Assembly (NCBI RefSeq): GCF_964204645.1
Contig: NC_134025.1
Coordinates: 16,901,101-16,965,100 of the forward strand
Length of the DNA: 64,000 nt
Source of the DNA: Tubulanus polymorphus
Taxonomy: Eukaryota; Animalia; Nemertea
Reading direction: 5' to 3'
The stretch's first letter is position 1. The number at the start of each line of letters is the position of its first letter. Below are positions 40,313 through 53,989 of the stretch, piece after piece. The notes under the pieces were generated by a model. It ran no database searches and was not told where the DNA came from. It was given only the letters and a program-made list of their open reading frames with translations. Position numbers and translations under genes: made by a program.

Positions 40313-40658
40313 GTTTGCTGTAAATATTAACTATGATGATGTTTCCCCAAAAATTGGCCTTTTTATACAGTTTCCTATAGCTGATAAGTAACCAAAAGCA
40401 ATGAATCCACTCACTCACTTATTAACCGCACCTGTTGGTTAATTACTAATGAATCCACTCACTCACTAATAAAGTGTTCTCATTGGTTTTGTTTTAATGC
40501 ACTATATTAAGCATTTTCGGGTCTTTTTTATTAATGGTACAATGGGGAGCACCGCGCTACAACTGACCAGTAGATGGCGCGCGTGTATTAGTAGCCCATT
40601 TTTACTCCGGGGTTAATGGCGCGGATCAATTGAACATTCTTTTATTGAAACTTTAACA

Positions 40659-42603
40659 ATGCCTCGCTACTGTTGTGTTCCTCGTTGTAAATCACGAGTC
40701 GGCGGTGTCAAATTTCCAACAGACAAAGCATTGAAGGATAAGTGGATTGTAGCTATTAAAAGGCTAGAATCGGATGATAAGGGGAGTAAATTATGGCAAC
40801 CGTCAGAAGGCTCAATCGTATGTCATCATCACTTTTTACCAACCGATTACAAGCAAACACTTACAGGTAACAGGTTCTTATGCTGTCTTATTATCATTGT
40901 AAATAATATAGGGCTATAGTACTTTGCAACAGCGCCTGGAATTAAGTTATCAGTTTACCGTCACCCGTCCGCATGGTTGGCCGGACCCGCATGAAAATTT
41001 TCATTATTTTCCATTTTCTATGTTATAATATCCAGAGAATGAACATATAAAAGCCATTGATAAAACATTTTTAGATCAATATCTTATATGGAAATTGCAT
41101 TTAGAAGTTTGGATGGCAACGTTTACGTCTTGAAATTTAGGGATTATTATCGGAATGTGACCTCCTTGTCAGCTAACTTATTTTGACAGCTGAGAGCTAC
41201 CACTAGCGCCATCTATCGAACATAAATTGAAGCTGTTACAAAATTTTACAAAAATTACAGGGATGCACACCCCTCCCCCTAAAACTTTCAAAGTGTCCTT
41301 GTTTCTGGCCCCAATTTCTTGTAATACGTTTTTACAAGTACTTTCATAGTAACGTAGAAAAAAGTAACTAAAATAAGTCTAGATAGAGGCCCTGTGGGCT
41401 TCACACCGGCTATGAGGTATATTTGCCCTTTTTTCTGCAACCCCCCTTTAAGAAATCCTAGACTGCAAGACTCCCCCCCACAAAATAAATAAATTACTAA
41501 CTAATTTTGAATTAATTAATTGAATCGCCCAAATTTTCCAAAACAAGTTCACTTAGTCTAATTTTTTATGTTACAGGATCGAGAAAAAAGCTGCGTAATG
41601 ATGTCGTTCCGAGTATTTTTTCGTTTACACCATCGAGTGAAAACAATCACAAAACCATGGAAAGAAATGAAAGGGCTTCGCGTCGTAGGATAAAATTCGA
41701 TTTGGAATCAGCAGCAAACCCATATGATATTGCCAATGAAGTCGTAATCAGTTCAAACGATGTTTCTTATTCCGCATCACCAAATCGTGGTGGCCAAGAT
41801 ACCGAAATATTAAATGTTGATGAAAGTGTACAGTGCGTCCTGTTAACAGAACAAATATTTTCCATTGAACGTTTTAAGAACAATGACAGATCTATGAATT
41901 TCTATAGTGGATTCAGGAATTATGATCATTTAATAATGTTTTTCCATGTGCTCGGACCTGCTGTGAATGACCTTTGTTCTTTCAATTAAGTGAACTGAAT
42001 ATGTGGCCGCATAGGCAAGAGATAGACAATTTCATGCCAAATGGTTTTAGATATAGCTTTCCTTCTACTCGTGTTATACTCGATGCTACAGAAACACCAA
42101 TTGAAAAACCATCTAATGTATTTTCCCAAAGTGCAGCATTTAGCACTTATAAACACAAAAATACCCTCAAAACCATGATAGGTATTACCCCAAGGGAGAT
42201 TGTTAGTTATACGAGTGAAAGCTATGGAGGTTCAGCTAGTGACCGGCAAATAATCGAGCGATCAAAATTGTGTTCTCAATCGACAGCTTTCTTTAAATCT
42301 GATGATAGTATAATGGCTGATAGAGGCATCATGGTGCAGGATCTTCTTGCGACCAAAAATATAAAAGTCAACACCCCCACTATGTTAAATGGCAAAAGTC
42401 AGCTAGAACCAGAGGAAGTGGTCCATGATAGGAGAGTCGCCAGCAAACGCATTCACGTGGAACGGGTAATAGGTCTCTCGAAAACATTCCAGATACTGAA
42501 GAAAGAACTTCCTCTCGGAAAAGTAAATATGGGTTCACGAATCATTTTTGTGTCTTTTATGATTTCAAACTTTCGACCCACCATTGTCAGTAATTATGCA
42601 TAA
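40659..42603 (+). pseudogene. THAP and DDE_Tnp_4 transposase (exon 1 40659-40867, exon 2 from 41577), with an internal deletion
   Basis: THAP MPRYCCVPRC...FP...W...VCHHHF...VVPSIF; DDE ILDATE, YGGSASD, MADRG, RIHVERVIG. The HTH region is missing at ~41985. Confidence 0.88.
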
Positions 42604-42922
42604 ATAACTAAACGAGTATATCTGTTTAAAATAAATGTATGTACATTGTATGTACATTGTATTTAAATGATAAAAAAATATAAGAACTTGTATCAACAAA
42701 CAGTAAGCTGTGATTGAAATAAAATCTATATCGTACAATTAACATGTATTTACAAATTTAATCGTATGAAGATCAATACCAAAAACTATGATCTTTGGAA
42801 AATATCTGGTCCCGGTTTTATAGACTGGTATTAACTTTAACCCGGGGGCTAACTCAATTCAATTTCAATTGAGTTAACCCCCGGCCCCAGATGTATATCT
42901 CCAGGAATAATCTATACATGTA

Positions 42923-45451
42923 TTAGAATGCATGCATTGTTAAATATTTTGAATAGTACTTCCTATAAAAGATTTCTAATTTTGGAAGCTGAGATAGTTC
43001 ACAGTATTTTTGATCATAATAAACGCTCTCTACATAAAGTTCCTTATGTGTATAAACAACGAAATAGCACATTTTCCGTTTGCAAATATGCAACTGTCCT
43101 TGAATCTGATCATAATAATTATGCGAACGTTTCAGCTTCTTATCTTTAGCACTGAGAAACTTGAAGTATGGCCCCGGTGCAATAAGTTCATTTCTACCGC
43201 GATATGGACATTTCACTTCAACAATGGCATCCTCAGACACAAGGCCATCCGGGCTCGCACCCAGGTAATCTATATCTGGCCTCACGTGCAGTCCACAAGG
43301 CTGTACTTTAACGGAGAATTCGAAGGTCTTTCCATGGCTAACAGCAGCATTTGTCAAAGGAACATTACTGTGAAGAGATTTACACAATTTGTCTATATTG
43401 CGCCTTTTAGTCAGTGAAACAATTTCACCGAAACGAGATGCAGTTAGTCGTAGCTGCCTTTCCTGAAACCATAGACTAGATTCTGCCTGCTTCCTAGTGT
43501 TTCTTTCTAGTGAAATTGCTTGAGTTTCATTTAACTGAAAAGACGAAATGAATTATCAGAAATATAGGTAGAATTTGCTGAATTACGATGATGGAGATTT
43601 TAACAAAACAACTTACCAGTATAAACAGACTTGGGCCTATGGAAAGTTTGTAGATTTTCTGTACATGATTTTAATATCTCTGGAGCATTATCTGACGAGA
43701 CGAAATTTGCGAACATTAACATTACAGCAGCTACATGCTTACAGGTCCCATTAGGCCCCTTACCAGAAGGGCACTCGCAATGACTGTTCCTGAATTCACC
43801 GGTACTTTGAGAAAGACAAATCTGATACGAATATGATATCTGCAATGAAATATAGAAGTAAACTGATCAACAATGTTTTCAACGACCTTTTAAGAATACA
43901 TTTTACTGCAGTTTTATGTGAATTTAAAGGAAATGAGAATATCGTCTTATTTTGATGAAAACTGGCCTACCTTCTTTTTCATTGCGGCACCGACTAATCC
44001 AGTCAGATAAACAATTCCGCTTTTGATGAGAATACTGCAGGCTTTAACACGATGCGATTCTATTAGCTGCTGGCCCTTCTCAATAGCTTTAATGTCTTTT
44101 GTATAGTGGTTGTCCGTTGCCATTCTATACGTGAAATATGCAGTCACTGTGTCAATATTGAATTTTGGCAATAAAATCTTGATCACTTGTAAGTTGTTTG
44201 AAACCGCATGTGGGCCATTCAGGAACTGTTGCTTGCGGTAATATTATGGCCGGTCCCCTAAAATCGTTGTTACGGTCGTATGCTTCTAATCTGCAATAAA
44301 CGTAAAATAATCATGAAATATAAACATATAATGCTAATATTATCATTCAAATCAACTCACGGAAAGTTGATCCAGAGTTGAATTGTTACTTCGAAACCTT
44401 GGAGTAAGGCTAAAAATTGATACTTTGTTTCTCCGCTCTGCTGAGCTTAATAGTTGACCCGGTTGGCTGCCTATCTACCTTTTTTTTAATTGTGATAAAT
44501 TTTACCAGTACAGACTGGGCAGCTATAGAAATGAACTGATTTTATTGCATTTTACAAAAATGACCCGACCACTGCAGAGAAACAAGGTATCATTTTTGTT
44601 TAGCCTAATCATTTAATGATTACTCTAAGGCCAGGGTTAACAACATATAGCTACATTTTGTCGTATTTAACTGTGTTGAGGTAAGGCCTATGGAAGTTTA
44701 AAGGTATAAGTTTACCGTCACCTCAAAATTTTATTTTATGAGGGTTTTACAATTCAAATAACATATTAAAATTCAATATATATACAGACTATAGACATAG
44801 CAGCAGACATATGTCCAATGATTTATGGCAGCATTGGCTGTAAAATCTGGCAACAGCTTCAATTTATGTTCGATATATGGCGCCAGTGGTAGCTCAGCAT
44901 TCAAAATAAGTAAGGCCTAGTGACAAGGCAGCTACCCGATTATAATCCCAAAATTTCAAGATATAAACATTGCCATCCAAACATCTAAAGGCAATCTTTA
45001 TATCACACATTGATTTAAAAAACGTTTTATCGATGACTTTCATATGTTTTGTGCATTATGTTCATTTTCCAGATATTAGAACATAAAAACCGAAAAATAA
45101 TGAAATAATAGGAATTTTCATGTGGGACCGACCATCCACGCGGCTGGGTGACGGTAAACTTATACCCTAATTCCACAGGCCTCACTTTTCATCTCTGACT
45201 CTGGATCTATCAAAAACGGGTCTGTTCATATCACTAAAACTTAAGAAATTAACGATGATTTTGCGCGGACTACATGTCCTAACTAAAAAAAACGTAAGAC
45301 AAGTACAATTCATATCAACCGTATGGAAAAATGATCGTCAATTGAATTACCTCTCAATAAGGTTGACTTTCCTCCCATGCGTTACTGCGCCTCGCCGGCT
45401 TAATTCTTGTTTCAGCTTCGGCACTGTCCATGACCCGTATTTCTCTGACAT
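42923..45451 (-). pseudogene. SAP-SWIM-YqaJ (lambda-exonuclease-like) nuclease, the ISL2EU accessory gene
   Basis: Exons 45451-45351 (WTVPKLKQELSRRG..GRKVNLIER, SAP), 44290-43971, 43839-43617 (CECPSG..CKHVAA, SWIM) and 43534-42923 (W...R..RLTASRF, LGASPDG, EVKCP, YYDQIQGQL); GT-AG introns. Confidence 0.88.
44685..45181. mobile_element. MITE with GGCC termini; a partial inverted copy lies at ~40933-41250
   Basis: GGCCTATGGAA..GTTTACCGTCACC / GGTGACGGTAAAC..TTCCACAGGCC, flanked by TAA and TCA. Confidence 0.65.
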
Positions 45452-46488
45452 TATTACAATAAAATATGAAATCGAGTGCGGCCGGAAGTCAATACGCAGG
45501 GCTACTAATACTCGCGCGCCATCTGGCGGTTAGTAACACGATGCCTCCCATTACAGTGGATTGTCAGAGCAATTCTCTTTTTAATTCAAAACATTCTCAA
45601 AACAATTGAGTAAATTAAAAAAAGTTTTGGAACCCTGCATCATTATTGGTTTTATTCAACAACTGTCCTATTTCAGTATGTATAAGGCAACTTATGGATT
45701 CATAGAGAAATACTCATTTTAGTTTTAAAAAGAATAACTGCGGTCAACAATGCGTTAATATATTGAATAATTAAATCCTTTGATCTAAGAAACAATGAGG
45801 ATTAATTAGATTAAAGGTTTTATTAAATAATGCAAATTGCCTTGCCTTGTCAGATTGAGTCAGGTGGAACTTGAATTTAGCTCACATGCTTAGGCAACAT
45901 TATATTATACTAGAAATTCTGTCAATGTCCATCTATCAAAAATGAATTTTCATAATCAAATCATTCATTTCCAATTATTTCATTAATAATATTAAATTGA
46001 ACACTTGGAGGGAAAATGTATGTTTTTGGAGGGAAAGTAACAGGAGGGATAATGATTGAGGGATTTTGTGTGAGGGAAAATGGCCGGAGGGAAAATGACA
46101 GTGAATCGCGCTAGACAGATGAATAATTGTGAAATATTGATCATCAACATTGAAAACTAATTTGACTCATAGTTTTAGTTGTTTTAGGTCATTGAAAGGA
46201 TGTATTAAAATTTTGAACATTTGTTTATGCAAAAGGCCCATAATCAATTTTTCGAACATTTCATTCTCGTTAAAAGTCGGTTACCATTAAAAAGTTCACA
46301 CTGACCAAAATTGAGTCCTTTTTATGTATTTTTTTCTTGTTTAATTCTCAATGAAAATGAATTTTTGCATACTGGTAGCCTACGTGACTGATTTTTTTAC
46401 TCTACACGTGTTTGGTGAGCCACTGGACCATTGGTCCTTTATTAAAGTCTATCCCAGTGGTTATGATCGCGGTGCATGAAACAGTTCA

Positions 46489-47959
46489 CAGGGGCGTAGC
46501 CACCTAAAATTCAATGGTGCGACAATCCGGAGTGCACATCCAAACGAGCGCCGAAGGCGCGATGTCCAGAAGGGGGCCCTCCCCCAAGGAAAATTTTGAA
46601 CATTAAGACGTCTGAGATGTGTTCTGATGGCTGAGAGCTCATATTTGAAAAATTTTTCTGTAGATAATATAATGCCTCTAAGGTAATCTTTGGTCTAGGG
46701 ACGGATCCAGATGTTTCACCATCCCAGAGCGGTTTCTGAGTCCTGCTGAACTGGAAGTGCAACTACATCGTAGCACAAAACGGGGGACCTGGGGGCACTC
46801 CCCCAGAAAATTTTGATTTTTCAAGGCTCTGAGATGCAATCTTTAAGCATATTCGGGGCTAAAGTCTATCCCCCTTGAAGTTAATTGTTTTCGTTTAGAT
46901 TCATTTAGACCATTTTCTATACTACTTCCAGAATACTTGCCTGGAATAAAACGTCCATGTTAGTACAAGAGCCTGTCAAAATCACGAACTAGAAAAATAG
47001 AAGGGCAAACCTGAGTACCCCTCGATACAAGTGATAGGCTGGATCTGCCCTTGCCCATTTATTGATGAATAATGTCAAACTAATGTTAGCTTATTGTACA
47101 TCAATACCGGTGCTCTTTCGATTTTCTCGGTTTCCATGTCTCGGCACTTGAGCAGAATTTTTTTGGTCAAATCCCTTATTATGGTCCATTTTTCATGAAC
47201 AAAAACACCTACAGAATCAATATCAATGAAATATAACCAGAAGAATACCGGTTTGAGTCGCTCTAAAGTAGTATGAAAAAAGTCTTCTGAATTCGGCAAC
47301 TTTGATACTGTGAGATCAGGTGCATGGTCCAGATGTGATACCGTAAACACTATAAACAAAACTCGCTGGAGTCACTGGGTTGGATGTGGCCTACACCAAA
47401 AATCTCAAGTGCATTACCAACGCCTCCGTATTAGCACCGCTGACATCTTCAAAATGTTAGCTTATTGTACATCAATACCGGTGCTCTTTCGATTTTCTCG
47501 GTTTCCATGTCTCGGCACTTGAGCAGAATTTTTTTGGTCAAATCCCTTATTATGGTCCATTTTTCATGAACAAAAACACCTACAGAATCAATATCAATGA
47601 AATATAACCAGAAGAATACCGGTTTGAGTCGCTCTAAAGTAGTATGAAAAAAGTCTTCTGAATTCGGCAACTTTGATACTGTGAGATCAGGTGCATGGTC
47701 CAGATGTGATACCGTAAACACTATAAACAAAACTCGCTGGAGTCACTGGGTTGGATGTGGCCTACACCAAAAATCTCAAGTGCATTACCAACGCCTCCGT
47801 ATTAGCACCGCTGACATCTTCAAAAGAACTTGATACCCCACCCCACCCCCCCCCAAATAAGCCTACAGAATAACGTTTATTATGACGTTTTGCAAAATGG
47901 GTTTTTCAATTATTGGTGCGACATATTTCGCAGTTGTCGCACCGGTGGCTACGCCCCTG
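46489..47959. mobile_element. Non-autonomous hAT-like element
   Basis: Perfect TIR CAGGGGCGTAGCCA / TGGCTACGCCCCTG with a 5-bp flanking duplication GTTCA. Confidence 0.8.
47082..47823. repeat. Apparently exact 371-bp tandem duplication
   Basis: 47082-47452 equals 47453-47823; the two identical ORF translations are offset by 371. Confidence 0.95.
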
Positions 47960-48483
47960 GTTCATATCATCGCAGATCTGGAACCCTGTGGTTTCTATGT
48001 GCTCAACCCTGCAAGTAACTGAGGTCAGGCAACTACTACATTCAAGAGTGAATAATACTAAAGTTTTCCCATCCTGGTCATTCACTTCACTTTATTCCTC
48101 TAGATTTGGTTTTTTCTTGTATATTCTCAAAGAGAATTACTTAAAATGTATTTAAGCATGGAATTTCGTGGATTAATTTCTTATTTTGTGCGCTTTACAA
48201 AGCTATACATGCGCAAATAATAACAAATGACTATTTGTGGATTTGATTATTATCTCATGATTCATACGTACGGTGTTGCTATTTTGCTTAAACACCGTCC
48301 AAATATAATGTTTCAACTTGAAAATTAGTTCTGACACTTTCTAATGTAAACATTGACTTTGGTATCCTCGGAAAATATTCACTCTTGAATGCAAGAAGAC
48401 TTCAAAACTAATTTTTCCTTGCTAATTTCTTCATTTTCTTAGTGTAAGCTTCGAAAAGTTTTGCTCTTTATTCACTCTTGCCT

Positions 48484-48497
48484 GTTACTATAGTAAC
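48484..48497. promoter_or_regulatory. RFX X-box in the putative SDCCAG8 promoter
   Basis: Perfect palindrome GTTACTATAGTAAC fits GTNRCY-AT-RGYAAC. It lies 36 bp before the splice donor ATG|GTGAGT (48533/48534). Confidence 0.7.
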
Positions 48498-49823
48498 AAG
48501 CAGCTGGGGTCCAGGGAGTCAGGGATGCTCATGGTGAGTTTGACCACTTACAGCTGTCAGTATCAATTAAATTGTTGTTGATACTGGCTCTTTGAGAGTG
48601 GAAATGACACGATCATAACCACTGGCATAGACTTTGGCTATCAAAGAAAATATGAAATTTACATTAAAATATCTACATGATTATTGAAATGAATCAGACA
48701 TTTGCATTAAAGGCCTGTCAGTCAGGATTATGCGTGATAGGCCTAGGCTATATTGCAATTTGATATAGATATACCGATAATAAATATTATTATTTGACAA
48801 AATGAATTTTAATAGAGAATAGTAGAAAATCAGAATGACCTGGCTCGAAACATCTAAAATTTGAAATATATTCATATCATAATGACATCAATCAGTTGAG
48901 AAACATAAACCAAGCAACAGTAATAATACTCTAACAATGATAACTTAATAATAATCCATTTTTGTTTTGACCTTGATTTCAACAATATTTCATATATCAT
49001 TCAATTTTGCTTTTGGAAAATCTCGGAAGCCGGACTGTCCCATCATGTGTCTCTATTTTTGCCTATCACAAGCCTCAATTCATCTCATAAAACCTAGCAT
49101 GTATATCGACACTGGGATTGGAGACAACGAGTTGGCAGGCAATTTTACGGCGCATTAGAGGAACTGGCTGAATACAATCAGTTGCTTGAATTTGTCGATG
49201 TGAGCGAGCTTACGACCGGTTGTGAGCGAGCTTACGACAGGTTAGTGTCCAACTATCTCCAGTTCCAGCTAGTTGCCCGTGTTTTACTTTTGAGCAACTA
49301 GTTGTTCTCAGTTACTGTCATATCCGTCGATAATCTACCCTGTATCTAGAAGGGGTTCTATAGTATGTATAGAAGCATTAAAACCCTGAACCCGGTTCCA
49401 CAGTTGTGAATGAGAGTTAACTCTGAGTTTAACTCAGAACTGTGGAACTGGGTCCTCGGGCGGGGGTCCCTTTTGCCAGCTCCTTGTCTGTGCTATGGAT
49501 GAAAACGTGATTGTACTTAGTTGATTATAGGTATTGACTCTTGAGTGTATTTGACAAATATAATTCACAGAATGCATCATTTGCCATCTAATGAAAAGCT
49601 TACAGGCTGGCCAGGAAGCCCCATGGGGCTCTTGCAAGACTTTCATACCAATTTTTAAAGCGTTTTAGATTTGAAAATTTGGGACCAGGGCCTACTGGAA
49701 AATTCTGAAAATACTTATGAATTTGGACATGTGTTCAGCATAAGTTAAAATCATGGCTGGCAGCTCTGCCTTTTTTGGTTTTGCCTAAAATCTTGTTTGA
49801 TCATTATTTCAGCTGAAAAAAAA

Positions 49824-50213
49824 ATGAATGCATTGAAAGAGGGTTTAAGTCGCCCCATGGTAAAACATAGTCTAGAACCACAAAGCCCCTTTCGTTTAGG
49901 GCAACATCATCGATCATGGTCAGATCATGGGCTTAATACTGCAAATGACTATTCCTACCGATCTGCTGTACATAAACTGCGACACATGCTCAAGAATGCC
50001 GAAGAGAAAGATCAAGATGTAGTAATGTCTGGAAGTGTGCAATTCTCACCACCACGAGTTTCCCAGTTTCCCGTGATGTTTGATCAAAAACAACCTGCAC
50101 AGTTATTTTCTCACACCAAACAGCACGTTCCTAGCATTGAAGAGGTTCTTCCTGTGGTGCATAAGCAAACTCATTACATTCAACAATTGGAATCTGAAAA
50201 TTTGTATTATCAG
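49824..50213 (+). CDS. SDCCAG8: SDCCAG8-like centrosomal/ciliary protein, first coding exon (exon 49813-50213)
   Basis: Acceptor TTATTTCAG and donor CAG|GTAGG. AVHKLRHML and PSIEEVLPVVHKQTHYIQQLESE resemble the SDCCAG8 segments AVNQLKALL and PTMHDLVHTINDQSQYIHHLEAE (recalled, not searched). Confidence 0.75.
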
Positions 50214-50320
50214 GTAGGTAAAATAATAATGATAATGATAATGATAATTAAAGGTATTTAAAGTGCCCCTATCCTCTGCAATTAAGTGATCAGTTGACAC
50301 CTTGCTAGTGGAATAGGATA

Positions 50321-50610
50321 TTATTGAGCAGCTGCCCGTGAAAACCGATAAGTCTTAAGACTTTGCTTGAAAACTGCAATGCTGCTTAATGCTCTTATAT
50401 AACGTGGAATATTATTCCACAGGCGTGGGGCAGCTCTTGAGAAAGTACCGTCTCCAAGTGAGGCCAGCCTACTACTGGGTTTTAGTAAGTTGTCCGCAGA
50501 TCGAAAGGTATGCATTGGGGTGTACAGGGTAACAAGGTATGGTGGAGCGAAACCATTGATACATTTATATGCGAGTAATAGGATTTTAAACTATTCGATC
50601 AGGAACTGTA
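50321..50610 (-). mobile_element. L2/CR1 LINE 3' fragment
   Basis: FKILLLAYKCINGFAPPYL...FSRAAPRLWNNIP...FKQSLKTY. Confidence 0.8.
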
Positions 50611-51884
50611 ACTCTGAGACGTGGTGCTCTCTCGCCGTGGTATTCAGAACTAATATACTGTGTTACAAAGAAAGAAGAGATCAACAGCTTTCATTTGCTA
50701 CCCGTTTGCAGATGTCGAGGCTTCTAAATGCTAAAATGATTTTTAGCATTGACGTCATGCCAATGCTAGTAAAATGGATCGAAAATAGTAGTACGAAAAA
50801 ATAGCGCCGACTTTTCTCATTTTCATTGTAACTTGTCACTCCGTTCACGTAAAACATTAGAGACAGCTGAAAATTACTAAAAAATATGTTTCAATTATTC
50901 CCCACAACATAGCGTCGCCAGATTTCTGATTGAATGGTCCAAAAAGTTACTGAATTGAATTCTGCTGACAACTTTGGTACAGTCAACCTCGGATAATCCG
51001 TATTACTAGGGACTGAGCTATTTAGTACGGGTTAAGTGTTATACGGATAACAGATAGTTGGTAATTGATATGAATTAACTATAACCTGTATAAACTATGA
51101 TTTAAGTGCACAATCCGTACAATAGCCGGTTTACGTAGTTATCTCTCAAACCGTGGACGACTGCTACAGTAGAACCACGTTCTCACGAACCGTTGGGGAG
51201 GATTAAATGTTCATAGTATCCGATGGTTCATTAGATATCATTTATACATGAAAAAGAAAACACCCCCTGGTGTGATGAAACATCAGTAGAGTAGGACTAT
51301 TTGAAGCCGTCGTGTGTCTACAGTAGTACAGATAACTCACAGGCCATGTACTTGAGGGCGATTCATCAAAGGACTTTTGCTGATTGACAGATAATAGCGT
51401 GTACTGAATATTTAGTGAAGCTTGAGACTATGACATTGATGGATTAACTTCAGTGTTTTCTGGAGTTTCTCACATTTCCTACTGACAACATTAACCTCAT
51501 AAGATTGCTGATGTTTATACTTTTTATTCACTTCAACTGTATGATCCTGACAGCTGATACAGATTACACATTAGGCTTTACATATGAATTGGACAACGGG
51601 ACCGCGCATTTGTCTACGGAATAAGGGGAAATTACGGATTATGGAGTATGAATTAGACACAGAATTTTATAGGGAATAACGTTACTGAAAAACGGGACCA
51701 ATTTATTTATAGAGAATAAGCACTTATACGGTTTAACTGGAGATGGATTAACTGAGGTTGACTGTAGTGATGATGATGAAATGCCTGTTGTTCCTGAAAA
51801 AAAAAAACGAAAATGTACATCACAAAAAAACAAACGGATGCATGAGAAAGAAGTGAACTTGCCTCCACCCTTCCAGTGAAAAAT

Positions 51885-52290
51885 CAAAAACCGTTTGACA
51901 TGATTTCATGAAAGTGTTATGGTATGTGCATGTATGGTGGTATGGTGGGGAACTCTTTTGGGGAATCTTTGATTCAAGATGGCCGAATTATGACCTATTT
52001 TTAACACGTGTACGTGATAACAAAAAAATCGTTTGAGAAAATTTCATGAAATTTATATTAGATGTGTATGATAGTATGATGTAAAACCTTATTGTTTTGG
52101 GGACTTCTCCGATTCAAGATGGCCGACACCATCTACTTTTGACACAGGAACTTTCCGTATACACGATAACTCGAAAACCGTTTGGGATAAATTAATGACA
52201 ATATGGTATGTGTATGATAATATGAAAAGGAAATGTCTTGTTCTCGGAACTTCTCCAATTCAAGATGGCTGACTTATGACCTACTTTCAA
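51885..52290. repeat. ~135-150 bp diverged tandem units (non-autonomous element core)
   Basis: AAAACCGTTTG..TTTCATGAAA...TTCAAGATGGCCGA occurs three times. Confidence 0.65.
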
Positions 52291-53989
52291 AATGGCATGT
52301 TTTGAACATATTATTGTTACGCTGTCTTCTGTACTTATTGTAGATGCTCCATCTGTTTCTTCACTGCCCTGGGATTTTGTGATTAAAGCTGTGTGTATGA
52401 GCATGCATTTTGACACAACTATGTTTATTTTCTACTTGGGTCAATAGCACAGAAATCAGGAAGTTGTGTGCGTGAACCGAGCATAGCAAACTCTGGTGCA
52501 TGTGGCAAATGACTTGACTGCCATATATTGCCAACAGTGATGTGTACGCAACTTCATTAGCCCCACAATTCATTCCACATCCCAATGGTCCCACATCTGA
52601 TTAGTTCAACGTCTAAATGGTCCCTCGATTTTTTCATTTGACTTATTGCGCCCGAGATATAAAGATCCGTGGATCTCTTGTATGATGATTATCGCCAGAT
52701 ACACTTTTCATCGGAGGATGCAGATGCTGAGTAACTTAAATTAAACAGAGATTTACAAAATCTGAGAGGTTGTCAGCTTATAAAACTTTATTTTGATATA
52801 AGTCACTGACCCTGCCTGCGGTGAAAGTTTATCGCTCATCACAATTTGATAATATGTATCAATCCTATGTGCAGCATCTTGCCTAACCTATGGACTAATC
52901 CCTCTTCCATATTCTATGGTGTAGAATTAGATGTTTATGTGATGTAAACTGATTTTAAATGAAGAACTTAACCATTGGGATTAAGAACAGAATAGAGATT
53001 ATGCATTGTATGGTGATTTTTATCCCGTAGCAGTTTTGTAATTTGAGTGAATATCATGAGATACTGACTTGGGGTCGCTTCATTTAAATGTTTCATACCC
53101 TATAACCTATTGGCTTACTCTCTAAAATGAAGTGTTTGAATAAGAGGTAAATGTGTGGATTTGAAGCTTTGAAAATTTCATGTAGATTGCATTGATAGTT
53201 AAAATTTTATAGTGTCTCAAATCCATGTACATTTACCGGCCTTGAATATAGATAAAAGGACACCATATAAAGAAGTTTCTTTATATTTTTAAGGTGTTTC
53301 GTTAGAGTCTATTTTGTAAAACAAAGTGTTATTGTTGTAGCTTAAGTTTAAAGCTAACAGATGCTTCAAATTTGAACTTGATATGTTGAGTAGTTTTTCA
53401 ATTATGGACAAAAGACTGGAGATGACATTCAGCAACTCGGAAATATCCACAAAATCTTGAAATTTGACTGTTTTGCCATGTTTCTGATCAATTTTTTTAG
53501 AAAAGTATTGATGCTACTGCCCTAGAAAAAATAGACATGCAGTATGGGATACTATTTGCAGGTTTTATGCATTGGTTTGACTGAGAAGCTGCAAAAAATT
53601 TTTGAGTTGCTGAATATGTATTTTCAGCCAATTTCACTTGGAACTGGTTGAAATTGGACAACTTTTTCCATTTTTTGAGGAGGGATAATTTTTTCTTAAT
53701 AACAGACCTGCAACTTCTGCTACATTTTCTGTGATATATGTCATGATGTCTCCACATTTTGGATTATTGAGCCATTTACCTTTATTTCCCTTCATATGAG
53801 GGACCTCCAAAAATGGGATTTTGGCACTTTTCCAAAAAAGGGGCTCGGGCGTCAAAACTAAAAAAAAAGGCCATATCGCGAAAAGTTTAGAGCTGATTTT
53901 CAAAAAGGAAGCACTTTTGAGCTTGTTTTTGAAAGCTCTTTCAGAGAGAAATGGTTGAAAATGATTCTTGGGTTGTTGAAGAAAATCAT

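Larger units (their letters stand above)
40544..45549. mobile_element. ISL2EU (PIF/Harbinger-related) transposon with two convergent genes
   Basis: ~55-bp TIRs (GGGGAGCAC...AGATGGCGCGCG.GTATTAGTAGCCC), a 2-bp AT TSD, and a THAP-DDE transposase plus YqaJ gene. Confidence 0.88.
37696..46107 (-). mobile_element. Mutator (MULE) DNA transposon containing an ISL2EU insertion
   Basis: 9-bp TSD GCGCTAGAC (37687-37695 and 46108-46116); TIRs rich in TTTTCCCTCC / GGAGGGAAAA repeats. Confidence 0.92.

Noticed and set aside
42923-43534. Phage or bacterial contamination suggested by YqaJ
   Set aside because: It has spliceosomal introns and sits within ISL2EU TIRs
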